A stretch of 64,000 nt of DNA from assembly GCA_007133365.1 (NCBI GenBank), contig SLMV01000029.1:276-64275 (forward strand). The letters are read 5' to 3'. The notes beneath the pieces are model-generated. The model was not told the origin of the DNA, did no database searches, and saw only the letters and a list, made by a program, of their open reading frames with translations. The translations under genes were made by a program, and so were the position numbers. Each line of letters starts with the position of its first letter. The first letter of the stretch is position 1. This DNA comes from Clostridia bacterium. GTDB lineage: Bacteria; Bacillota; Sulfobacillia; SLMV01. Positions 1-9,507 of the stretch are shown here, piece by piece.

Positions 1-453
1 TTCTTCGAACACACCCGCATCCACCATATACACCTTGCCACCCCGATCGTTGACCGCGGGCGAGGGTTCATGGGCCGGGGTTCCGATCACGTATAAGGAG
101 CCGGGAAGCTCCGGCATAATCCGGATTAAACTCAACGCCGCACCAATCGCGGACACACTCACGATGTTGTGACCGGCAACCTGCCCACGCCCCGGTACGC
201 CATCATACTCGGCAATCAAAGCGATGGCAGGACGCTTACCCTGATCACCATAGCGGGCAACAAAGGCGGTCTCCATGCCGGCCACATTACGCATCACCTC
301 AAATCCCTCGTCTTCGAGAATCCCGGTCAAGCGTTTGCTGGTCTCATACTCTTGAAAACCCGCCTCCGGATGTTCAGCCATCCATCGGTTCAAATCCGTC
401 AATAATTCGCGAAGCTGCGACAGCACTTGACGCACCGCCTCTTTGTGATTCAC
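1..453 (-). CDS. M20 family metallopeptidase/amidohydrolase (M20D, hippurate-hydrolase/AbgB-like); only the N-terminal part is inside the window
   Basis: Hand translation of the minus strand from a GTG at 451-453 gives MNHKEAVRQVLSQLRELLTDLNRWMAEHPEAGFQEYETSKRLTGILEDEGFEV...IGTPAHEP, a typical M20D N-terminus. A GGAAAGGA Shine-Dalgarno lies 7 nt upstream and an in-frame TGA two codons upstream. The frame is open to the window edge. It is not in the ORF track because the stop lies outside the window. Confidence 0.5.
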   Translation of the reverse strand, partial: MNHKEAVRQVLSQLRELLTDLNRWMAEHPEAGFQEYETSKRLTGILEDEGFEVMRNVAGMETAFVARYGDQGKRPAIALIAEYDGVPGRGQVAGHNIVSVSAIGAALSLIRIMPELPGSLYVIGTPAHEPSPAVNDRGGKVYMVDAGVFEE

Positions 454-718
454 ACCGTTTCATCCTTTCCTTCGAAGCGCATCCGGAGACATCTACTGTT
501 CATTGGGGGCAGCAAATCCAACAAAAGACGTGACCCACTGGTAACGGGTCCCGTAAAAATTGTGGAGATGAGGATGCCAATGGTATTTATATTCAATAAG
601 GATCGAGAAGTTCCTTCCGGAAAAACCCAGAAGATACACGATAATGTAAAAATATCGAAAGGGAACCGGAAAAAGAAGGCGAAATGAAAGGTAACTTACT
701 CTAAAGGAGGGTCAACAA

Positions 719-1603
719 ATGGGTCAACCCATTGTGCTGGAATCATCCCAGCATGTTTATGCTTTTGCACCCGAGATGACGCCGGCCGGCTTTGCCGATT
801 CTGGAGCAATCGTATTGTTTAAGACTGCAGATGCCTTTAACGGGCAAATCACATCACCCGACGACACGTTAGCGGAACTCAATTTTGACGCCGTTAACCC
901 GGCAACCGGTCCCCTGCATGTGAAAAATGCCCAACCCGGCGACATATTGGCTGTCGACATCCTTCACATGTCGACGGGCACCACCGGCATTATTCTGACG
1001 GTCCCCGGCTCGGGCGTATTGCGGGCCATGACCGACGCGGTCACGCGCATCGTCAAAATCGGTGCTCATTGGATCCAATTTAGCGATCAGGTGCGCATCG
1101 CCAAGCAACCGATGATGGGGGTCATTGGCGTGGCGACCAAAGAGCAACGGATTCCTACCGGCACCCCGGGACGCCATGGCGGCAATATGGACACCCGTGA
1201 TATTGCGGCCGGTGCTACGCTTTATCTTCCGGTCTTTCAAGAGGGAGGGCTTTTGGCGATGGGGGATGCCCACGCTGCCATGGGCGACGGTGAGGTTTCC
1301 GGCACGGGCGTCGAATGCACCTCAGAAACTCTGGTTCGCGTACGCGTCCTAAAAAACCAAAGCCTCGACTGGCCATGGCTGGATAACCAAAAGGAACGCA
1401 TGGTCATCGTCAGTGCCGAATCGCTCGACGATGCCACCGGTGAAGCCACCGAACAAATGGTGCGTCATCTCGCTCAAGCGCTGGATAAAGGTCTCGATGA
1501 AGCCTACATGCTCATGAGCTCGGCCGGTTCGCTTCGCATCAGCCAAGTCGTGGACCCTTTGGTGACGGTCCGAGCCACCATCCCTCGCCTCTACCTCGAT
1601 TAG
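719..1603 (+). CDS. acetamidase/formamidase (FmdA_AmdA) family amidase
   Basis: 294 aa. The N-terminal region (ESSQHVYAFAPEMTPAGFADSGAIVLFKTADAFNGQI...GPLHVKNAQPGDILAVDIL) resembles the formamidase/acetamidase family. A GGAGGG Shine-Dalgarno lies 8 nt before the ATG. Confidence 0.6.
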   Translation: MGQPIVLESSQHVYAFAPEMTPAGFADSGAIVLFKTADAFNGQITSPDDTLAELNFDAVNPATGPLHVKNAQPGDILAVDILHMSTGTTGIILTVPGSGVLRAMTDAVTRIVKIGAHWIQFSDQVRIAKQPMMGVIGVATKEQRIPTGTPGRHGGNMDTRDIAAGATLYLPVFQEGGLLAMGDAHAAMGDGEVSGTGVECTSETLVRVRVLKNQSLDWPWLDNQKERMVIVSAESLDDATGEATEQMVRHLAQALDKGLDEAYMLMSSAGSLRISQVVDPLVTVRATIPRLYLD

Positions 1604-1775
1604 GTTTCGGACAAGAGCTGGGTCTCATTTAGGAAAAGGACTTTCGCGGCGAAGCGCCAAACCAACCGCCTTCAGATACCGTCACGAAGGCCTTGAAACC
1701 GCACTTTGGAAGGGATGGGGAAATGGAAGGCGGCTGCAAAAAGGGCATCCCATCATCAATGGACGGTCGCTTTCC

Positions 1776-2864
1776 TCATCCATCGCCCTTCGGTTCCAAT
1801 CCTTCGTCACGGTTTATAAACTCAGCCTCCGGCTGAATCACAAACTCCTGCTCACGTTCGGTCTTGGCGGCTCGTTCCATCAGGGTTTGCACCGCAACTT
1901 GCGCCGGTTTCTGCTCAAATAAAACCGCATTGAGTTCATTCACGATGGGCATCTCAACCTGCTGTTTCGCCGCCAGCGCTTGAGCCGCCGCCGTCGCACG
2001 AAGTCCTTCAATGGTTTCCCCTCGTGCTCGAATCTCATCCGGTGTATCGCCTTGTCCCAACGCCAAGCCCGCGCGTCGATTGCGGCTCAAATCGCTGGTA
2101 CAGGTCAACACCAGATCCCCCAGACCCGAAAGACCCGCGAAGGTAAACGGATGGGCCCCAAGGTGCACGCCCAGTCGGGCCAATTCGGCCAGACCTCGTG
2201 TGATCAAAGTCGCCTGCGAATTATATCCCAGATCGAGACTGTGTAAAATGCCGACCCCGATGGCATAGATGTTTTTGAGGGCACCGCCCAACTCCACACC
2301 ACACAAATCATCAGAGGTGTAGATCCGAAGTTCCGGGCCACTTAAGATATGCTGGACCTCTTTTGCCCATCCTTCATCGTCGGCAGCGACCACGGTCCCT
2401 GCTGGAAGCCCTCGCATGATTTCAACGGCAAAGTTAGGGCCCGACAGGGCCGCAATCGGCGCATGGGACGGATTACCCAGTTCTTCTTGGATAACCTCCG
2501 ACATGCGAAGAAGGGTGTTTGACTCCAGCCCTTTGGCCGCGGAAACGAGCGGACTTTTCCCCTGCCAATGGGGTTGCAATCGCGCCACCGTCTCGCGCAT
2601 GCCCTGAGAAGAGGGTACCAGTAGGATGACATCGGCGTTCGCCAACGCGACTTCCATATCTGCCGTTGGATGGAGATTCTCTGGAAAACCATAATCGGAT
2701 AGGTAATCCGGGTTTCGAGCTTCTCGTATCATTTGCTCCGCCTGTTTTGAGCGCCGTGCCCATAACCGCACGTCATGACCGAGTCGGGCAGCAACAAAAG
2801 CAAGGGCCGTTCCCCAGCTGCCCGCACCGAGGACGGCGATCCGGCGCGTATTACGACTCCCCAC
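1776..2864 (-). CDS. gpsA: NAD(P)H-dependent glycerol-3-phosphate dehydrogenase
   Basis: N-terminal Rossmann motif IAVLGAGSWGTALA. The central GPNFAxE and SDDxxGVELGGALKNIYAIGVG motifs are diagnostic of GpsA. Confidence 0.9.
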   Translation of the reverse strand: MGSRNTRRIAVLGAGSWGTALAFVAARLGHDVRLWARRSKQAEQMIREARNPDYLSDYGFPENLHPTADMEVALANADVILLVPSSQGMRETVARLQPHWQGKSPLVSAAKGLESNTLLRMSEVIQEELGNPSHAPIAALSGPNFAVEIMRGLPAGTVVAADDEGWAKEVQHILSGPELRIYTSDDLCGVELGGALKNIYAIGVGILHSLDLGYNSQATLITRGLAELARLGVHLGAHPFTFAGLSGLGDLVLTCTSDLSRNRRAGLALGQGDTPDEIRARGETIEGLRATAAAQALAAKQQVEMPIVNELNAVLFEQKPAQVAVQTLMERAAKTEREQEFVIQPEAEFINRDEGLEPKGDG

Positions 2865-3537
2865 CCTGATTCTCCTTCCTATAGGCCTCGGATTCTCCCA
2901 GTCGACGTTCTTCGCCCCGAAGCAGCCGCATCATATTGGTGCGGTGCCGAAAGAAGATCCAAACTAAAGCCACCACCGTCGCCAGTTGATACGTCAGAGG
3001 ATAATCCCAAAACCAAGCAACAATCGCACCCGCCAAGGTTCCGACCATGACACCCAAGGAGACATAGCGCGTGATGATAAAGAACAAAATGGCAACGGTG
3101 AGTCCCACCGCCAACACCAACGGGGTTATATAAAGAAAGACGCCCGCCGTGGTGGCAGCACCTTTTCCGCCCCGAAAACCTAAAAACACCGACCAGTTAT
3201 GGCCCGCGATGGCAGCAACACCACAGGCGGCAGTCATCCAAGGAATGCCAATCAATACATCGGCGGCCAAACAGGCAAAAAGACCCTTTGATGCATCCAA
3301 CAAAAGGACGGCGACGGCCCATTTGGCGCCAAAGAGCCGTAAGACATTGGTCGTGCCAATATTGCCACTCCCGTGCTCTCGAATGTCGGTACCATGGAGT
3401 TTCCCCACACAAAATCCGATGGGGATCGCACCCAACAAATAAGACAACCCGACGAAACCGATAAAAACGGCCACCATCCCCACACCGGTTAGTTCCGTCA
3501 CCAAACCTAGGCTGATGGACGCCGCGAATGCCAGCAT
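2851..3537 (-). CDS. plsY: glycerol-3-phosphate acyltransferase PlsY
   Basis: Polytopic membrane protein with the PlsY motifs GSGNIGTTN and GGKGAATTAG. The real start is probably the internal Met (~3477). It overlaps gpsA by 14 bp, consistent with an operon. Confidence 0.85.
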   Translation of the reverse strand: MLAFAASISLGLVTELTGVGMVAVFIGFVGLSYLLGAIPIGFCVGKLHGTDIREHGSGNIGTTNVLRLFGAKWAVAVLLLDASKGLFACLAADVLIGIPWMTAACGVAAIAGHNWSVFLGFRGGKGAATTAGVFLYITPLVLAVGLTVAILFFIITRYVSLGVMVGTLAGAIVAWFWDYPLTYQLATVVALVWIFFRHRTNMMRLLRGEERRLGESEAYRKENQGGES

Positions 3538-3611
3538 ACCTCTTTCCTCTCCGTGATCGTATTCTTTTTTTGCAACTTCAACCTATCAAAGGGGCAATCC
3601 CCTGCCCACCC

Positions 3612-4943
3612 TTATTCCGACTTACGGAACAGAAGGCGTATGGGCGTTCCCACCAATCCCAAGGCGCGTCGCAAATGGCGTTCAAGATACCGTCGGTAAT
3701 TGGCGGTAATCAGCCGGGGATCATTCGTGAACAATAAGAAGGTCGGAGGGCCTTCCACCACCTGAGTGGCATAATAAATGCGAAGTTTGCGCCCACCCTG
3801 GGCCGGCGGCTCATGTCGCCCCACAATCTCTCGAATGATCCGGTTTAAATCACTGGTGCGGATTTCAGATTTATAATGACGATACGCTTCCATCACCAGA
3901 CTAGGAAGCCGACTGATCCGCAGACCGCTGGCAGCGGAGGTCGAAATCCGAAGGGCATAATCAATGAAATATAAGCGATCGTCAAGCATCCGTTGATAAG
4001 CGTTCCAAGCAAGCGGATCCGATTCCACTAAATCCCATTTATTGACCACGACCACTGCTGCTTTGCCCTGATCTTGCGTGTAACTGGCGACGCGCTGATC
4101 TTGCTCGGTCACCATCTCCTGAGAATCCAAAATCAATAATACGACGTCACTCTTACGAACGGCGCGCAAGGCACTCGACACACTATATTTTTCAACAATC
4201 TGATCGATGCGAGCACGCCGGCGAAGTCCGGCGGTGTCGACAAAGACAAACGCCTGGCCCTCCCAATACCACTCCACTTCGACGGCATCGCGCGTCGTTC
4301 CGGGCGTTTCGGAAACCATCACCCGCTCATCATGTAACAGGGCATTCATCAGGGATGATTTACCTACGTTCGGGCGGCCCACAATCGCCACTCGCACCGG
4401 TTCGTGCGGATCATCCACGTCACTCTCTTCGGAGAAAGGAAGGACCGCGATCACAGCATCCAACAAATCCCCGGTGTTACGACCGTGTTCCGCAGAAATC
4501 GGAATCGGCGTTCCTAGTCCTAAACGGTAAAACTCATTGACGCTATCGTTAAGCCCCGTAGAATCCACCTTGTTGACACCAAGAATGACCGGGATCCCCC
4601 GGGCTCGAACCATGTCGGCCAGTTGTTCATCTAGTCCCGTCAGCCCTTCCCGCGCGTCCACCAGAAGCAAGATGGCATCGGCGGCGTTCAACGCCCGTTC
4701 GACCTGATGACGGATGGCGCCGACAATCCGACGAAGACTTGCATCTTGCATGTTGTCTTCTTGCCAGCCACCGGTATCAATCGCGACGAATTGGCGCCCT
4801 AGCCATTCGGCTTCTCCATAGATCCGATCGCGCGTCACCCCCGGCGTCGGATCCGTGATGGAACGACGTTGCCCGACGAGGCGATTAAACAGCGTGGATT
4901 TCCCAACATTTGGCCTTCCAACTATCGCAAGTACCGGCTTCAT
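3612..4943 (-). CDS. der: ribosome-biogenesis GTPase Der (EngA), with two tandem GTPase domains
   Basis: Two G-domains with P-loops GRPNVGKSTLFNRL and GRPNVGKSSLMNAL, followed by a KH-like C-terminus. The ORF track begins at 5039, but an internal ATG at 4941-4943 is preceded by GGAGGG and matches the canonical Der N-terminus MKPVLAIVGRPNVGKS. Confidence 0.9.
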   Translation of the reverse strand: MKPVLAIVGRPNVGKSTLFNRLVGQRRSITDPTPGVTRDRIYGEAEWLGRQFVAIDTGGWQEDNMQDASLRRIVGAIRHQVERALNAADAILLLVDAREGLTGLDEQLADMVRARGIPVILGVNKVDSTGLNDSVNEFYRLGLGTPIPISAEHGRNTGDLLDAVIAVLPFSEESDVDDPHEPVRVAIVGRPNVGKSSLMNALLHDERVMVSETPGTTRDAVEVEWYWEGQAFVFVDTAGLRRRARIDQIVEKYSVSSALRAVRKSDVVLLILDSQEMVTEQDQRVASYTQDQGKAAVVVVNKWDLVESDPLAWNAYQRMLDDRLYFIDYALRISTSAASGLRISRLPSLVMEAYRHYKSEIRTSDLNRIIREIVGRHEPPAQGGRKLRIYYATQVVEGPPTFLLFTNDPRLITANYRRYLERHLRRALGLVGTPIRLLFRKSE

Positions 4944-5137
4944 GACATTGCCCTCCAGTCGTTTCTCAATCTTCATTATTATCGGCCAACGGTCCCAAAG
5001 TCGCAAGATCATTCCGACGGAAACCGAAGGCGTCTCCATTTCGATCCCTATATCGTCTTCCCTTCAAAATCGGTTTGGGCAAATGGAAAATTAGGGAAAG
5101 GAGCGTTGACGGGAAAAGAACGGATAGGAAGCATATC

Positions 5138-6250
5138 TTAGATTCTGGCCCGTTTGAACTCACCGAGCACCGCGTCCCAATTCCAACCGCGACCGCTCAT
5201 CCAATGTACGACCCGTCCGGTTGCCACATAGGGGGTGGATCGAGCCTCGGACACCGTTTGCGCTCCGATTAAGAAAAGGAGACGGCGCACGTCATGATTG
5301 AATCGCTGAAGAAATCGGGTCAACGCCGCTTCCCCATCTCGCGCGAGAATGCTCCACGCTGGACCTGCCAATGCGACCTGATGAGCACCCATCACCAGGG
5401 CTTTGACCGCATCCAGGGGGGTTCGTATGCCACCGCTTGCAATCACGGATACCGGTTCCTTCCGGACCGCCGCCAGCGTTTCCAAAAGGCTCAAAACACT
5501 TGGAAGCCCTAGAGACAGAAAATCCTCGTTGGCCAACGGCTGTTCCGTCCCGCGCCCAAGTTCGATCTGCGCAAAATTCGTACCACCGGCACCCGCGGTG
5601 TTGATGCCCGCCACCGACAAGCGACAAAGCCGACGCGCCGTTTCCCACGAGATGCCAAAACCAACCTCTTTGACCACCACCGGGACCTCAACCGCACGGA
5701 CGATGTCGCGGATTCGATCCCGAACCTCCGAAAAGGACCGATCCCCTTCGGGCATTAGCAATTCCTGAATCAGGTTCAAATGCAGCTGCAGTCCGTCGGC
5801 CTCGATCATCTCAACCGCTTCCACTGCCTGCTGACACGAAACATTTGCCGAAAGATTAGCCCACAAGAATCCCTCCGGACTCACGTCACGAACCACCCGA
5901 TACGTCGATACCGCCTCCGGTGTCGACAACGCGGCTTGCTGAGAACCCACGGCCATCCCCCACCCCGCTGCCTGTGCCGCTCGAGCGAGGGCAGCATTGA
6001 TCTCGGCCGTCTCCGGAGGGCCTCCCGTCATCGCATCAATAAAGAATGGGGACGCTAAGCGCCGCCCCCATTCCTCTACCTCTAATTCAACTTGCTCGGG
6101 GTCGAACGAGGGCAACGCTTGATAAACCAACTGAATATCCCCATACCCAGGATCTTCGGGTCCATCCGAAGCCTCTAAAACCGCCTCGAGATGCTCCCGC
6201 TTACGCTCGAGCCGTCGTTCGTCATTTGAATTCCCCGCACGTACAGGCAC
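5138..6250 (-). CDS. fni: type 2 (FMN-dependent) isopentenyl-diphosphate delta-isomerase
   Basis: N-terminal RKxEHL motif, FIDAMTGG, and the IDI-2 glycine-rich NTAGAGGTNFAQIE segment. Its start abuts the rpsA stop. Confidence 0.85.
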   Translation of the reverse strand: MPVRAGNSNDERRLERKREHLEAVLEASDGPEDPGYGDIQLVYQALPSFDPEQVELEVEEWGRRLASPFFIDAMTGGPPETAEINAALARAAQAAGWGMAVGSQQAALSTPEAVSTYRVVRDVSPEGFLWANLSANVSCQQAVEAVEMIEADGLQLHLNLIQELLMPEGDRSFSEVRDRIRDIVRAVEVPVVVKEVGFGISWETARRLCRLSVAGINTAGAGGTNFAQIELGRGTEQPLANEDFLSLGLPSVLSLLETLAAVRKEPVSVIASGGIRTPLDAVKALVMGAHQVALAGPAWSILARDGEAALTRFLQRFNHDVRRLLFLIGAQTVSEARSTPYVATGRVVHWMSGRGWNWDAVLGEFKRARI

Positions 6251-7864
6251 TTATACCTCTTTCTTTTCTTCCTCGTCATCTTCGGCTTCCTCGGTCTCAT
6301 CTTCCGAGGGCGCCTCGGCGGAATCCTCGTCTGAAGACGTATCGTCGGCCTCGGCCGCTTCTTCGCTTTCCGCCAAATCATCCGCCAAACGATCACGCGT
6401 CTCCGTCAGAAGGTCACCAAAAACATCGCCCAACGTCAGGTTGCCACTGACACGACGCTGCGGCCGCGGCTGCTTCTGCTGTTCTTCCTCTTTTCTGGCT
6501 TCTTTGAGACTCAGGCTAATCCGACGTTCCTTCGGCTGAACACGAAGGACCTTGACCATGACGTCTTCACCTTCGGAGACGACTTCGCTGGGCTCGGTAA
6601 CGTGGTAATCAGCCAACTCGGAGATATGGACCAAACCTTCGACGCCGGGTTCGAGTTGCACGAAGGCACCAAACGGAGCAATCCGCATAATTTTACCCTG
6701 AACCACATCATCAACATTGTACCTTTCATCAATGGACTCCCAAGGATCTGGTAGGAGTTGCTTAAGTCCGAGCGAAATCTTCTCCGCTTCTCGATCGACA
6801 CGTAAGACTTTCACATCAATCTCTTCGCCCACTTCAAGCACATCCGACGGATGGTCCACGCGACCCCAGGACATCTGGGAGACGTGGAGAAGTCCATCAA
6901 CACCGCCGAGGTCAATGAAGGCACCGAAATCGGTCAGCCCTTTGACCACACCCGAGACCGTCTGGCCTTCTTCGATCTTGGCCCAGGTTTCCTCGCGCTG
7001 GCCTGCGTGTTCTTCCTCAAGAACAACTTTTCGGGAAATGATGATCCGGTTCTTGTTGCGGTCAAGTTCCACCACACGCGTTCGAACGGTTTCGCCCACA
7101 TAAACCGAAAGGTCACTTACGAAACCGCGATCGACGTGGGAGGCGGGCATGAATCCTCGGAGTCCGTAAACATCGAGGACCAAACCGCCCTTAACTTCCT
7201 CGACCACCGGAACCTCCAATATTTCCTTGTCTTCGTGCGCCTGATACAGCCGATCCCAGGCGATTTCATCCAGGGCCCGGCGATAGGACGCCAAGACGGC
7301 GCCATCCTGACCGTCAACACTTAAAATATAAACCGGAATTTCCTGCCCCTCGCTAAAGACATCCTGGGGGCGCTCGCCCGATTTTAGCCGCAGTTCCGAA
7401 AGCGGAATGACACCATCCGATTTGTAGCGCACATCGACCAAAACATTATCATCATTGACCTGGACGATGGTTCCTTGAAGCACATCACCCGGTTGCAAGG
7501 GCTCAAAATCGAGCGCTTCGGTATCTTCCATGCTCGGGATGTCATCCATCTCATCTTCCGAGGAGGCCGATACCGCCAATTCTGCTTGGGCATCTTCATC
7601 ATCGGATTCAAAGGTGACCTCATCTTGACACACCGTATCATCGGTGTCTTCTTCGGTATCGTCTTCACACTCCACTTGCTCGCAGTCCGTCTGCTCCTCT
7701 TGCTCCTCCGAGGGGCACTTTGTTACCTCTTCCGACTGCTCGGTTCCTTCTTCTTCTACCTCTTCTTGTTCTAACGTTTCTTCGTCCTTACAAAAGTCTT
7801 TTTCTTCGAGCACGTAAAACGTTCCTCTCCTTCGCCGGTTCCAAAAGCGCCGTGGCTTCAGCAT
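6251..7864 (-). CDS. rpsA: 30S ribosomal protein S1 with four S1 domains, carrying unusual acidic N- and C-terminal extensions
   Basis: Repeated S1-domain signatures (GxV.G.V....G.FV.L..G..GL.H.S). Conserved position between ispH and der/cmk as in Bacillus. The first ~105 codons encode a Glu/Asp-rich, Cys-containing low-complexity segment, so the true start is uncertain. Confidence 0.85.
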   Translation of the reverse strand: MLKPRRFWNRRRRGTFYVLEEKDFCKDEETLEQEEVEEEGTEQSEEVTKCPSEEQEEQTDCEQVECEDDTEEDTDDTVCQDEVTFESDDEDAQAELAVSASSEDEMDDIPSMEDTEALDFEPLQPGDVLQGTIVQVNDDNVLVDVRYKSDGVIPLSELRLKSGERPQDVFSEGQEIPVYILSVDGQDGAVLASYRRALDEIAWDRLYQAHEDKEILEVPVVEEVKGGLVLDVYGLRGFMPASHVDRGFVSDLSVYVGETVRTRVVELDRNKNRIIISRKVVLEEEHAGQREETWAKIEEGQTVSGVVKGLTDFGAFIDLGGVDGLLHVSQMSWGRVDHPSDVLEVGEEIDVKVLRVDREAEKISLGLKQLLPDPWESIDERYNVDDVVQGKIMRIAPFGAFVQLEPGVEGLVHISELADYHVTEPSEVVSEGEDVMVKVLRVQPKERRISLSLKEARKEEEQQKQPRPQRRVSGNLTLGDVFGDLLTETRDRLADDLAESEEAAEADDTSSDEDSAEAPSEDETEEAEDDEEEKKEV

Positions 7865-7946
7865 TCGGTAGTGTGTGTCTTTTGGACGGCTTCATTATGA
7901 CCGGATCTCGACATTGCCAGGCGTCATCACTATCAACTAATGCTGG

Positions 7947-8897
7947 TTATCTCCCCTTTCGTTGCTTCAAAGGTTGACAGTCCGAGTGCGCTGACTCATT
8001 CTCCCTCACCAGGGGTTCCCCTTGCTCCATCGCAATTTGGGCACGTATCGCGTTACACACCGCATCCAAACTTTCCCGTGGTGTTGATGTCCCCCCTACC
8101 ACCCCAATGGATCGTACTGAATCAATCATCCAAGCGTAGTGCTCGGTGTCCTTCGCAGTTTCCACACTTAGGGTTCGTGTTCCTGCCTCCAACCCGATAT
8201 CCAACAGGGCCTGGGTATTGGAACTGTTCTTCCCACCAACGACCACCAAAAGATCGACTTTTTTCGCCAAATTACGCACGCTTTCGCGTCGGGCCTGGAC
8301 CACCGGACACAGGGTCTTCTCCATCACCAAATCACCCGTCCGACGGTCAAGCGCCTCGACGATCGCTCGGGCCTCGGGCGGACTGAACGTGGTCTGAAAA
8401 AGCACCGTTCGTGCTGGCTTATCGGGAAGGGCCTCTGCCTCGTCGACCGACGCAATGACTTCCGTTTCATTCGGGCAACGTCCCATTACGCCCTGAACTT
8501 CAGGGTGATGCAAACGTCCGACCAGCACCAATGATGCCCCCTCGGCAGTATATCGCTCAGCTGCCCTTTGCACTTGACGAACGCGCGGACAGGTGGCATC
8601 CAACACCTTGACGCCTCGCTTTTGTAACGCACTTAAAACGGCAGGCGCTACCCCGTGACTGCGAATGATAACGGTGGCACCGGCCGGCACCGCTTCGGGT
8701 GTCTTTGCCACCCGAATCCCCCGGCGCGCCAAATCACAAACCACATCGGGATTATGCACCACTTCACCGAACGTGTACACCGATGTCGATTCCAACGCCG
8801 CCGCTTTTGCGCTTTGAACAGCCTGTTCGACGCCGAAACAAAAGCCACCATCCGGGGCTCGATGAATTTCGATGCTTCGGGTTTCGTCACGTTGCAT
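7947..8897 (-). CDS. ispH: 4-hydroxy-3-methylbut-2-enyl diphosphate reductase (IspH/LytB)
   Basis: Three conserved Cys contexts (CFGV, DATCP, TLCP). VHNP and SSNT motifs. 316 aa. Confidence 0.9.
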   Translation of the reverse strand: MQRDETRSIEIHRAPDGGFCFGVEQAVQSAKAAALESTSVYTFGEVVHNPDVVCDLARRGIRVAKTPEAVPAGATVIIRSHGVAPAVLSALQKRGVKVLDATCPRVRQVQRAAERYTAEGASLVLVGRLHHPEVQGVMGRCPNETEVIASVDEAEALPDKPARTVLFQTTFSPPEARAIVEALDRRTGDLVMEKTLCPVVQARRESVRNLAKKVDLLVVVGGKNSSNTQALLDIGLEAGTRTLSVETAKDTEHYAWMIDSVRSIGVVGGTSTPRESLDAVCNAIRAQIAMEQGEPLVRENESAHSDCQPLKQRKGR

Positions 8898-9507
8898 TCC
8901 CGGTCAACCTCTCAATTTCGTCACGAACCAATACCGTCAACGCGTCAACCTGATCCGACCGCTTACCGGATCGGCTCTTGACCATCCCCTTCGAAGCACC
9001 CATCGGCGGGCCGACCCGGACATTCAAACGCGACCACGGTGCATAGCTTCCGGAAATACCGACCGGGACGATGGGCGCATCCGTCTTGATGGCCAAATAG
9101 GCGGCACCTCGCGCAAACGCCGATGCCACCCGCCGAGTGCGTTGGCGCGTCCCTTCCGGAAACAGACCAATCACGCCCCCATCCTCCAATATCGCCAGCG
9201 AACTTTGGAGCGCGCGCCGATCCGATCGCCCTCGTCGGACCGGAAAGGCCCCCGACAACCGCAATATCGAAGCGAGGATCGGTATATCAAACAGCTCTCG
9301 TTTGGCCATGAAAGCAATGTGACGCGGGAAAACGGCGGCGACCAAAGGCGGATCCAACCAGCTGAAATGATTGGCGCAGACGATCACCCCTCCGTGCTTC
9401 GGTAAATGCTCCACGCCTTCCACTCGCACCCGACTGAAAATACAAAAACCCAGATTAAAAAGCCCTACCACCAAGCGATAGATCAACGATTCTCCCGCCT
9501 TCGACAA
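8887..9507 (-). CDS. plsC: 1-acyl-sn-glycerol-3-phosphate acyltransferase
   Basis: Acyltransferase motifs NHxSWLD (NHFSWLD) and FPEGTR. 206 aa. Confidence 0.75.
   Translation of the reverse strand: MSKAGESLIYRLVVGLFNLGFCIFSRVRVEGVEHLPKHGGVIVCANHFSWLDPPLVAAVFPRHIAFMAKRELFDIPILASILRLSGAFPVRRGRSDRRALQSSLAILEDGGVIGLFPEGTRQRTRRVASAFARGAAYLAIKTDAPIVPVGISGSYAPWSRLNVRVGPPMGASKGMVKSRSGKRSDQVDALTVLVRDEIERLTGNAT

Noticed and set aside
427-687. 86-aa plus-strand ORF upstream of the formamidase gene
   Set aside because: It overlaps the start region of the minus-strand M20 amidohydrolase and the divergent promoter region. It is Lys/Arg-rich with no recognisable features, and probably non-coding.
6046-6450. 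134-aa Pro/Arg-rich plus-strand ORF, plus several other 60-230-aa ORFs antisense to rpsA, cmk, ppdK, mtaB, sigA and dnaK (e.g. 9507..10205, 9731..10396, 38158..38844, 55195..56076, 34044..34580, 57742..58323)
   Set aside because: They are shadow ORFs of GC-rich genes on the opposite strand or in alternative frames. They have low-complexity Arg/Pro/Ser-rich translations and no start-site signals, and each overlaps a confidently identified gene.
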